Shown: positions 43,401 to 55,400 of the stretch, one piece after another | Layout: each line of letters starts with the position of its first letter | Position numbering within the stretch: the stretch's first letter is position 1 | DNA from: Cetorhinus maximus | Lineage: Eukaryota | Direction: 5' to 3' | DNA length: 64,000 nucleotides | NCBI RefSeq assembly: GCF_964194155.1 | Contig: NC_135879.1 | Location: forward strand, 31,310,001 to 31,374,000 | Notes under the pieces: model-generated | What the model was told of the DNA's origin: nothing | The model's database searches: none | What the model saw: the letters and a program-made list of their open reading frames with translations, nothing else | Program-made: the position numbers and the translations under genes

Positions 43401-46400
43401 AAGAGAGCTACCAACTAAGCCACAACTGACACAGAAAGGACTAGACTGTGGTTGCTCCCTCGCTCAAGTCATAAGCTTGTGAATTCAAAGCCCACCCAGA
43501 GACTGCAGCAAAGAACCACATATGACCCAGATTTATTGGCCCAGAATTTATAGTCAGCAGGAATGTGTAGCATTTACCATTCACCTTAAGAAAAGCTGCG
43601 AAACAAAGTTTTAGTGGGAGCAAAGATGCAGACTTCCTCTTTCTGACATTAATTTGAATTTGCTGCCTCTGCAGGGGATCTGTGGTGTCCAAGAACAGGC
43701 AGGCAGCCAATTAATCAAGCAATCAGATTGAAGAATTCTCATGGATGGTAAAACAAAAAATATAAATGAAATCATTCCTCCTGTCCTGCTTGTAGCTACT
43801 CCTACCAGGTGATCTGCTGTCATGGGATATGTGGATGACATTCCATGACTAACCATGGGACTTATACCATGTGAGACCTCAGACTCTGCGCAGGTGTCTG
43901 GGCACTTGCCTTCCTAAGCATCATGACAGTGCCTGGGGTGTGACACACATCTTGCTGGTCTCTGCCTTCTGAGCCATTGCCTACCAACTTGTTAGGATAT
44001 TCTACCTCATCCACCATTTCCAGTCTTTGTATACTTTAAAAGGGTGATGCCCCTACACCACTGCAGCCGAAGCTGATGCACCTCTCACTTAATTTTGCAT
44101 GCCGAGTCGAGATCCAGAGATATGGCAGCTGGTGTGCACAATCAGCTACTTGGAGTCCTAAGTGAGAGTTGGAGAGTTGTGGGACACCTGTTGTTCCTAC
44201 CCACCACCCTTTTTGACATGGATGTGCAGCTTGATAGGGGATCAAGGGTATTGGCTCTCACAAACATCTCCCATATGCCCCAAAACCATTGTACAGAAGG
44301 CAGAATAAAGATTGAGGTGTACAAATGAGATTAGGATAGAAACTTTAATAGAAAAACATAAAATGTTAAAAAAAAAAGTTTTTAACTTTATTTTGTTACA
44401 AAGTTTGCAACACTTTAGTTTACCCCCGACAGAATGAAACTCCGCACTTATAAACTTATTTTTTCAGGGCCAGAGAGATTGTTCATCTGTAATTATGACT
44501 TACTACATTGTTAATAACTTACTTTTTCTTACATATTTGTTCTAGCAATGTGGGCATCGCTGGCAAGGCCAGCATTTATTGCCTATTCCTAATTGCCCTT
44601 GAGAAGGTAGTGCCGCGCTGCCATCTTTGCAGTCCATGTGGCGTAGGTACACTCACAATGCTGTTAGGTAGAGTTCCAGGATTTTGACCCAGCAATAATG
44701 AAGGAATGACAATGTACACCCCAGTTATGCTGGTGTGTAACTCGAAGGGGAACTTGCAGATGGTGGTACTCCCATGCATCTGCTGTCCTTGTTTTGCGGG
44801 TTTGGATGGTGCTGTCAAAGAACCCTTGGTGAATTGCTGCAGAGCATCTTGTAGATGGTATCCACTGCAGCCATGGTGAGCTGGTAGTGGAAGGAGTGAA
44901 TGTTTAAGAGAGTGAATGTTTACCATGTTTGTCCTGGATGTTGGTGAGCTTCTTGAGTGTTATCGCGTCTGCACTCATCCAAGCAAGTGGAGAGTATTTC
45001 ATCACACTCCTGACTTTTGCCTTGTAGATGGTGGAAAAGTTCTGGGGAGTCAGAAGCAATGTTCCCTCAGATTGCAGAGATGCATGGTGCCCCAAGCAAC
45101 GAACAAATAGACTGTGCACAAGCAACGTTCCCTTTAAGGTGCAAGCATGTGTGGCTATGTGTTAATTTTAATGGGTTGTGTACTATGACAAGCTGGCTGC
45201 CAACAGAAAACATTTGTGAGAAGGAACATTGCTCAGGAGGTGGGTTATTTTCTGTAGAATACCCAGCTTCTGACTTGCTCTTGTAGCCATGTTATTTAGG
45301 TGACTGGTCCAGGTTGCAGACGGATATAGATAGGTTGAGTGAGTGGGCACAAATCTGGCTGATGGAGTATAGTGTGGGAAAATTTGAAGTTGTTCACTTC
45401 AGTGGGAAGAATAATAAAGCAGAGCCTTACTTAAACGGATAATGGCTGCAGAATTCCGAGGTGCAGAGGGATCTAGGTGTTCTAGTGCATGAGTCACAAA
45501 AAGTTAGTATGCAGGTACAGCAAGTAATTAAGAAGGCTAATGGAATGCTATCCTTTATTATGAGAGAAATTGAACATAAAAGTAAGGATGTTATGCTTCA
45601 ACTATACAGGGCATTGGTGAGAGTGCACCTCGAATACTGTGTGCAGTTTTGGTCTCCTTATTTTTGGAAGGATGTAAATGCGTTGGGGGCAGCTCAGAGG
45701 AGGTTTACTAAATGGATACCTGGAATGAACGGATTATCTTATGAGGAAAGGTTAAACAGACTGGGCTTGTTTCCACTGGAGTTTAGAAGAGTAAGGGGTG
45801 ACTTGATTGAAGTACATAAGATCCTGAATGGTCTTGACAAGGTGGACATGGAAAGGACGTTTACTCTTGTGGGTGAGTCCAGAACAAGGGGCACTGTTTT
45901 AAAATTAGGAATTGCCCTTTTAGGACAGAGATGAGGGGAATTTTTTCTCTGAGGGTTGTGTGACTTTGAACTCTCTGCCTCCGAAGGCGGTGAAGGCGGA
46001 GTCATTGAATATTTTTAAGACAGAGGTAGATATATTCTTGTTAGGCAAGGGAATCAAAAGTTATCAGGGGTAAATAGGAATGTGGAATTCGAAATACAAA
46101 CAGATCAGCCATGATAAATGGCAGAGTAGGCTCGAGGGGCTGAATGGCCTACTTTTGCTCCTATTTCATATGTTCGTAGTTAAGTTTCGGGTCAATGGTG
46201 ACCCCCAGGATGTTGATGGTGGGGGAATTTAGCAATGGTAATGCTTTGGACTGTCAATGGAAGGTGGTTAGAATCTCACTTGCCATTGCCTAACACTTGT
46301 GTGGTGCAAATGCTAGCCATTTATCAGCACAATTCTGCAGTCCAAACAATGACTCTCAATGTCATGGAGTGTCCGCTAACTAAACTTGAAAGTGGGCTTA

Positions 46401-49400
46401 AAGAACTCCATCTAGTCACTGACAAGGCTATTGATTGGCTCTGTGACTATGTACACTCTAAATAATCACAAGTCTGAATGCTGTCCACGTCTTGCTGCAT
46501 GTGGGCATGAGGGCCTCGTTATCTGAGGAGTTGCTAATGAAGCTGAAAATACTGCAATCATCAGCCAACATCCTCACTTCTGACCTTATGATGGAGGCAA
46601 AGTCATTAATGAAGCAGTGGAAGATGGTTTGGCCTAGGACACTGCTTTGAGGAAGGCATGCAGCCAGGTCCTGGGGATCATTGGCCTCCAACAGCCAAAA
46701 CAATCTTCCTTTGTATGACTCCAACCAGTGGAGAGTTTTCCCTCTGATTCCCATTGACTTCAGTTTTTCTAGGGCTCCTTGATGTCACTATCGGTCAAAT
46801 GCTGCTTTAATGTTAAGCGCAGACATTCTCACCTCGCTTCTGGAATTCGACTCATTCATCCATATTCGAAACAAGGCTGTAATATGGTTCAGAACTAAGT
46901 GCTCCTGGCTGAACATAACCTGAGCATCGATGACAAAAGGAGAAAATGCTGGAAAAACTCAGCAGGTCTAACAGCACCTGTGGAGAGAGAAACAGAGTTG
47001 ACGTTTCGAGTCTGTATGACCCTTCTTCAGAGCTAAAGAGAAGTAGAAATGTGATGTAATTTATACTGTTTAACGGGGGTGGAGCAGGTGAAGCTGGATA
47101 GAAGGCCAGCGATAGGTGGGGGCAAAGGAGAGATTAACAAAGATGTCATGGACAGAAGGACAAAGGGAGTGCCACACCACCACAAGGGCCATCTGTTACT
47201 TGTTCATGTTGTTCTTTTCAGAATTACCCCTGTTCTGCTATTATCACATTCCGCTTTCTTACCTTTGCCACTATCAGCCCTTATCATTACCATTTACACT
47301 CCCTTTGTCCTTTGTTCATGTCATCTTTGTTAATCTCTCCTTTGCCCCGACCTATCGCTGGCCTGCTATCCAGCTCCATCCCCCTTAAACAGTATAAATT
47401 TCATCACATTTCTACTTCTCTTTAGCTCCGAAGATGGGTCATACAGACTCGAAATGTCAACTCTGTTTCTCTCTCCACAGGTGCTGTTAGACCTGCTGAG
47501 TTTTTCCAGCATTTTGTTTTTGTTTCAGATTTCCCGCATCCACAGTATTTTGCTTTTATCTGAGCATCGATGAGCAAGTTATTGGTGAGTATGTGTCACT
47601 TTGCTGATGATTGGGAATAAACTGATGGGGCAATAATTAGCCAGATTCAATTTGTCCTGATTTTTGTCGACAGGATATGAATGGACAAATTTCCACATTG
47701 TCAGGTAAATGCCAGTATTGCAGCTGTACTGGAACATTTTGGCTATGGGTGCAGCTAGTTCTGGAGCCCAGGGCTTCACACTACATCTGGGATGTAAGGG
47801 CCCATGGCCTTTGTTGTATCCAGTGCCTTCATTTTGTGATTTGGAGTGGAGTGAATCAAATTGGCTGAAGACAGGCTCACTCCATCCTGACTGTCTACCA
47901 CTCTGCCAGCACACCTGGTGGGTCTGTGGGTCAGGACATACCCAGGGATAGTGATTGAAGAGTCTGGAACATTGGAAGGTATCATTTAGTGAATATGACT
48001 ATGTATGGCTGTGATGATAGGGATGTCTGGAGGAGACAGAGATGGGCCACCCACTCGGCACTTCTTGCTGAGGGTGGTTGCAAACGCTTCAACCATGTCT
48101 TTTGCATTTATGTGTTGGGCTCTGCCGTCATTGAGGATGGGGATGTTTTTGGAGCCTTCTCCTCTGGTTAGTTGTTTAACTGTCCGCCACCATTTATGAC
48201 TGATGTGGCTGGACTGCAGAGCTTAAACCTGATCCATTGGCTGTGAGATCATGGAGCTCATTCTATAGCAGACTGCTTCTATCATATATAGCATGCATGT
48301 CACCTGTGTTGTAGCTGCACCAGTTTGGCATTTTATTTTTAGGTACACCTGATACTGCTCAGGAGACATGAGTTCAAATCTGCCCATGGAAGCTTTGAAA
48401 TTTGAATTCAGTTAATTAAATAAACCCGGAACGAAAAGTTAATATCAGTAATGGTGACCATGAAACTACCAGATTGTCGTAAAAACCCATCTGGTAAACT
48501 AATTCCTTTTAGGAAAAGAAATCTGTCATCCTTGCCCAGACTGGCCCATATGTGACTCCAGACCTATAGCAGTGTGGTTAACTCATGACTGCCCTCTGAA
48601 ATGGTTCTGCAAGCCACTCAGTTGCATCAGACAGCTACGAAAAAGTCCAATAAGAATAAAACTGGATAGGCCAATCAGCATTGAGGCACCAAACATAAAG
48701 GTGCACCTGCCCAGTTGAACCTGGAAAGTCCTTTTCACTAACATCTGGGGACTTGTGCCAAAATTGGGAGAGCTGTCCATAAGACTAATCAAGCAACAGC
48801 CAGACATAATCATCACCATATCATACCTTACTGCCAATGCTTCAGGCTTTTCCATCACGATCCCTGCATACATCCTGTCCCACAGATCCACCAGAGCTGG
48901 TGGTAGACTGTTATACAGTCGGGAGGGAGTGACCTTGGGAGTCCTCAACATTGACTCTGAATCCCATGAAGTCTCATAGCATCAGCTCAAACATGGGCAA
49001 GGAATGTTCCTGCTGATTACTATCTACCGCCCTTCCTCAGCTGATGAATCAGTGTTCTTCTATGTTGAACACCACTCAGAAGAAGCACTGAAGATAGCAG
49101 CGGCACAGAATGTGCTCTGGTTGAACTTCGATGTAACCTATCCACTATGCTACAGTACCCAATATTGAACAAGACTTAAGTTTATCTTCAATATAAATTA
49201 AAAACAAAAACTCAGCAGGTCTGGCAGCATCTATGGAGAGAGAAACAGAGTTAATGTTTCAAGTCTTGTTTCCCCTAGCGGAATGGTCAATTACCAGGGG
49301 GCACAGATTTAAGGTGATTGGTACAAGGATCAGAGGGAATATTAGGAAAAACCTTTTCACCCAGAGGGTAGTATGTTTGGAATTCGTTGCCCAAATTGGC

Positions 49401-52400
49401 AGCTGAGGCAGAAACCCTCAACTCATTTAAAAGGTACCTGGATCTGCACCTGAAGTGCTATAACATACATGGCTATGAACTGGGTGCTGGAAGGTGGGAT
49501 TAGAATGGGTGGCTAGTTTTTTCAGCTGGTGCAGACATGATGGGTTGAATGGCCTCTTTCTGTACCGTGACCTTTCTATGGTTCTGTGGTTCTAAGTCCA
49601 ATACAACTTCTTTGGAACTGCCGAATTTTTCCAGCACTTTCTGTTTTTATCTCAGATCTCCAGCATCTGCTGTATTTTGCTTTTATTTAACTTTTTCTTC
49701 GGTATTTAGTGTGATAATGGTAGATAATTAGTTTAAGTTGACATTGTTAATGGTGATTTCAGGCGGATCATGTCCCTTCTACTGTTTACAACGGGCAAGG
49801 TACAGACTGTACCCAAATACCTGTGCTTGCAAAACTTAGAACAAAGTGTCCAACATTAGATGTGATTCTGTGATTGGACAATATTTGCTAAATAATCCTC
49901 AATGTGCTAAGAATTACGCTGACAACCAATTTAAGATTGTCAGTCAGGCTCTCAGTGTGGCACATTTGCATGTACTGGAAGCTACATATCTTAATACCCA
50001 GGGCCCTGTTCTTTGCAGACAGAAAGACGTATACACATTGTGCCTGTTTCAGCTAAACAAAATAAGTGATAGCCATTCGCTGGTTCATTCCTCAGGGCAA
50101 TGCCTTGCCCAATCAGAGTCAAACTTCTTGGTTTTAAATTCAAACAATGCTTGGTAGTTAACTGTCAGTCACCATTAATTGGTGCACTCTCCATTGGATT
50201 GTCTCTACCAATCAGAGTCCACTTGCCAACCAATCAGCACTCCCCTCTCATACATTATAAAGTTGTTCCTTCCTCTGACATTGGTATTGTTGTGATTGTC
50301 CTGATGAGTGCAAGACAAAAAGCTTCAACAGAATGTCTTTTTTCATCAATAATCAAGTTCCGTACTACCAGACGACAATTTGGAAACAATGATGATGATA
50401 TGAGGGATTTTAAAAGCAACGGTTATTAAAGTGAAAAAAAAGCATTATTGCCTTTCTCTTCTATGTTTAAATACTGTATGGGGAAAAGGGTTCAATTTTC
50501 CACCTGTAATGGAGCTCACCAAAAGTATGAAATTCGTTTTGGGAAAAAAACATGCTTGACTTTTTGTAAGATTACAAAACAAAATTCTTTACCGGAGTTC
50601 TATTCATTGTTTACTATATTCCTTTTCTCCCAGAGTAAATCTTAGCACAAACCAAAAAATAACTTTTCTAGTCATAGCACCAAATGCTATGAAAATCATC
50701 TGATTCAACTGTTAATATTTAATATAAAGATGGCAGAATTCTCTGTGCATATGTTTGCACTGCAGATAAAACATGGGAAACCTATCCCCTTCTAATTTCT
50801 GGCTATCTTCAAATTTTAGATTAATAAAGGTTATTGCAGATTGAAAGTGGTTTGGCTCAATGTCTTGGTTAGATGTTGTGTGCAACTTTGGAATAAAGGC
50901 CAAAAGGGCCTGTGTTCAATTTTCCCAATCTGTGTGTTGAGTTAGACAATTTCAATCAGTGTGGTGTCTGAGTTCATTGATCTTGGAGTAGAGAAGGGAA
51001 AGTTAGATGGAGTTCCTGCTCCAGATCACTATCTACTGACTATACTGAAGGGTGATAGCAGCATCATTCTGTTCTGATATTCCTCCATGGTCAAATAGTC
51101 TGCCAGCACTCGCTTGTGAGGACCCATACACAAAGAATGGATACTTGGATGAGGTATCAAAGGGCACCTGGTGTCCATGGAACTATATAAAAGGAGTCGA
51201 TCCCTTCAGGACAAAATGGGGAAGAATGTTAATTTCCTGTTACACTTACTAAATATGATTACCAATATGATAAATACTAAAAATAATACAGTGGACCACC
51301 AAAAGAACTTACAGTAGTAAAAGTAAATCTATAGAACTTGTACAATCAAAGTTGAACGCAAGGGAATCAAAGACCAATAAGCAACATTACAAAATAAATG
51401 TATAATTAGTGTTTATAAAAACACATAAGTTAGTGCAGCTGTTTTAAAAAGATGATTTCCTTTTGAATCCTTTGCAGGATAGCCACCCCATTAACCATGG
51501 ACATGTATGCATGGACTGGGAAGCAGGCAGTCCTGTACAATGGGATTCTCCTGTTGGGTGTTGGTGTAGAATCCATTGTTGTTTTTATGACAACAAAAAT
51601 CCTTACAAAAAGGTAACTGTAATAAAAAATTTTGATTTTCATAAATGTTTGAATTTATATTTATTGCAGTACCCATTTGGCTTGTTTCCTTAACAGATTT
51701 GAGGATCGTTTATTGCTGCTTGGAGGATTTGTTTTAATTTTTCTTGGCTTCTTTGTTTTGCTACCATGGGGAGACCAGTACCCACAAATCCAGTGGACAG
51801 GTACAGTTTGATTAGTCTTCAAACACTGAAAGAACTCGTGATGTTTTTGTTTTTTCTAACTTTTTGTTATTAGTGCAAGTGCAATGTGTGTTCGTTGTTA
51901 TCTTTTGCTTTTAAATGTGCTGATTGTTTTGGGGGTTTTTGTGGATTTTAATGTTTTTCTTGACGGTATGCCCAGAAAGACATTTTGCTAATTGCTGGAA
52001 ATTTCCAGAACTGCAAACAGGAAGTTTTGTTTCATGTTATTGATTTCTTTTGCACTAATAAAGGTCACTGTTGTTAATTATCTTGTAAGTAAGTTCAGCT
52101 TAAGAATGAAGTCATGCTACCTTTGAAAATGACAAAGCATTAATGGGTTCAGGCAACTTAGCACAACACTTAAATTCACAGAAATATTAAAGGGAACTGA
52201 GAATAACTTGGCTACACTATTGTTAAGGAGATCACCTTGCTAGCAGTAGTTGTCTTACTCATTTCATATGAAAGGGGAAGGGCTTATGATTTTCAGCTGG
52301 ATTCTTCACTATTCAATGATTACATGGCTGTCAGAGTTACTGGTGTTGTGTGGTAATTACTGTTTGGGTACACTGAGTTTAGAGGGACATTGTTTCTATA

Positions 52401-55400
52401 ACAATGCTGGCAGTCAGTCAGTCAGCTAGCACCAGACTGTAGTAAATAGCCACCTGGTTAAGCTTCGTCATTGGAGACTTGACATTTGGAAAAACCTCTC
52501 TTGTGCACGGTTGCATGAATAACTGTAAGTAGAGAGTACAGAGAGATTAAAAAAAACTTATAGAATTATGCATTAATTGAAGCTAATTGGTCATGGTGGG
52601 AACAATAAATAAAGTACTTGGACCTTAGAAAATGTACCATGGGAAGGAGCCAAAGCTAGGAATCTTTGGATGTTACAGTAAATTAATGTACAGTGGAATA
52701 ATGCACTGAACACAAAACACAAGAATTAGAACCAGGAGTGGTTCTTTGACCTCACTCCATCAATCAATAAGATCATGACTGATCTGATTGTGGCCTTAAC
52801 TCCACTTAATGTCTGCACCCCGCCCCCCTGCCCCCAAATAAAAACCTTGACTGCCTTGTCAATCAAAAATCTATCTAACTCAGCCTTGAATATATCCAAT
52901 GACCCAGCCTCCACTGCTCTCTGGGGAAGAGAATTCCACATACTAACAACTTGCTGAGAGAAAAAATTTCTCATCTCAGTCTTAAGTGGGAGCCCCTAAT
53001 TTTTAAACTGTGTCCCCTAGTTCTAGACACCCAACAAAGGGAAACAACCTCTTAGCATCCGCCATGTCAAGTTCCCTCAGGATTTTAGATGTTTCAATAA
53101 AATCACCTCTCATTCTTCTTCACTGCAGGGAATTGTACATTTAATTACACAGAATCTAAGTATTATTGATAGATCATTAGAATAATTAAAGGTTAATTAC
53201 TGTTGAGAAGGGAATTTTGCAGATTGACGGGTGCTTTTTAAACTTTCAGCTCTAGGTCAGAAGAAACCAGCACTGTTAATGTCTTAAGTTAGGTTTAAAA
53301 GGTAACTATAATGCTAATAACTGAAAGAAGTGGTAGGCAAACAGTATTACAAATAATAATTCTGTATCATCCAGTATCAGTAAGATATCATTGACTGGAA
53401 ACTGAACTGGACTAGCCATATGAATGCTGTAGCTACAAGAGCAGGTCGGAGGCTCAGAATCCTGCGGCGAGTAACTCATTTCCTGACTCCCCAAAGTCTG
53501 TCCACCATCTACAAGGCACAAGTCAGGAATGTGATGGAATATTCTTCACCTGGGTGAGTGCAGCTCCAACAACACTGAAGTAGCTTGACACCATCGAGGA
53601 CAAAGCAGTCTGCTTGATTGTCACCCCGTCTACAAGCATTGACTCCCTCCACCACCAATGCACAGTGGCAGCAGTGTGTACCATCTACAAAGTGTACTGC
53701 AGGAACTCACCAAGGCTCCTTAGACAGCACCTTCCAAAACCCATGACCACTGCCATCTAGAAAGACAAGGGCAGCAGATGCATGGGAACACCACCACCTG
53801 GAAGTTCCCCTCCAAGTCACACACCATCCTGACTTGGAAATATATCGCCGTTCCTTCACTGTCATTGGGTCAAAATCCTGGAACTCTCTCCCTAACAGCA
53901 CTGTGGGTGTACCTACACCATATGTACTGCAGCAGTTTAAGAAGGCAGCTCACCACCTCTCAAGGGTAATTAGGGATGGGCAATCAATACTGGCCTAGCC
54001 AGCAATGCCCAAATCCTATGTATGAATTTAAAAAGTGGAATATTTTTACCTTCTGTCAGTCATGTAATGATATATATTCCTTCGGTAGAATTTTTTAATG
54101 AATGAACCATAGTCATATGTGGCTGCTGTAAAACTATGGAAAGTATGAAAAAATTTTATCCGGCTCCCAGACTATTCATGACCAATGCCATGGGAGATGT
54201 ATCAGATAGCAAAATAACTGATATATCAGAGAGATTATAATTCAGAATCTTGACATACTATTTTGGATTAGATTATAAACATCTCAGAGTTTAAAAGGTT
54301 TGCTGTGAGATATTCTGGCCTCCCTTTGTGTTTTATTCTCAATCAATATTTCTAAAGCAAAAATTGATAATGTGGGCAGTGATATGAGTCACACTCAGAA
54401 TAAATAAAGGATATAAGATACTGGCAGTGTGTTATGAAGCAGTGATACATTGAGCATTTCTGATGGAGTCCTATTCTGCATTGAAGTTAGGATAGTTTAG
54501 AAATGCCAACAGAAAGTAAAGGTAGCATGATTCTTTTTAATTGATATTGATATGAGCTGGTGATAGTGTAATACTTGCATTTATATAGTGTTTTTCACAT
54601 CTAAATAACAGAACAGTTACACATTGTGTGTAATGTCAGCTCCCATGTATTCTCTCACTCTCTCTCACCCCTCCCATCCATCCCATCATCACCCCCGGCC
54701 ACACAGCATATTGCTGGAAGTTTGTACCATTGACTATTCATTAACTGTTAATAATACAAAACCAGCAAATACTGTATTTTTGGGCGAGAATTTGTTAGGA
54801 TTAGAATAACAATCTGCAATAATAACGTAAACATACAAAATTTTAAGCTACTATGCCAGAGCCACCATTTTCCACAGATGTGGGCTGCAGCATAACTTCA
54901 TTTTCTATGGAAAGTATTATTCAGGAATAGGTAAAAAAAAATTCACTCACTTACTCATCTGTCACTGTTGCTGTCCTTGAAGGATCTTGGAGATTGGTAG
55001 AATGATAAAATTGATGGTTTCAGACTTTTATAATAAAGTTGAAGTATAACAAAAACTTCTTTGGACTTGCAAGGGTATCTGTCACACTTCAGACTATTAA
55101 TATGGGTTTTTTTATTTACAGTAGTTATGGAATAAAGGTCAATGCATTAAACAGGAATTTTGTAGTGGGTTTTACATATTTGCTTGCAGTATCTATCCCA
55201 TCATTTTAGAGTCCCTTGATCTATTTATGCAAAATGTTTGGCTGTGAAAATAGGCAACAAATAATGGCACGGCTGCCTTATCATCATGGCTGCAGAACAG
55301 GATGGCCTTCATCTCAGTGGGTCCATGATGGATTGCTTTGCAGGATGCGTCTCTGGCCAGTCCTGGCCTGCTGCCAGAAGATCGCCACCACTCCATCTTC

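Larger units (their letters stand above)
44535..48350 (-). mobile_element. Long LINE family B remnant hosting nested insertions
   Basis: [63 protein letters not shown]. Confidence 0.85.

Noticed and set aside
43370-43430. tRNA gene
   Set aside because: A/B boxes continue into a SINE body; no cloverleaf. The same applies to 18865, 20815 and 48365.
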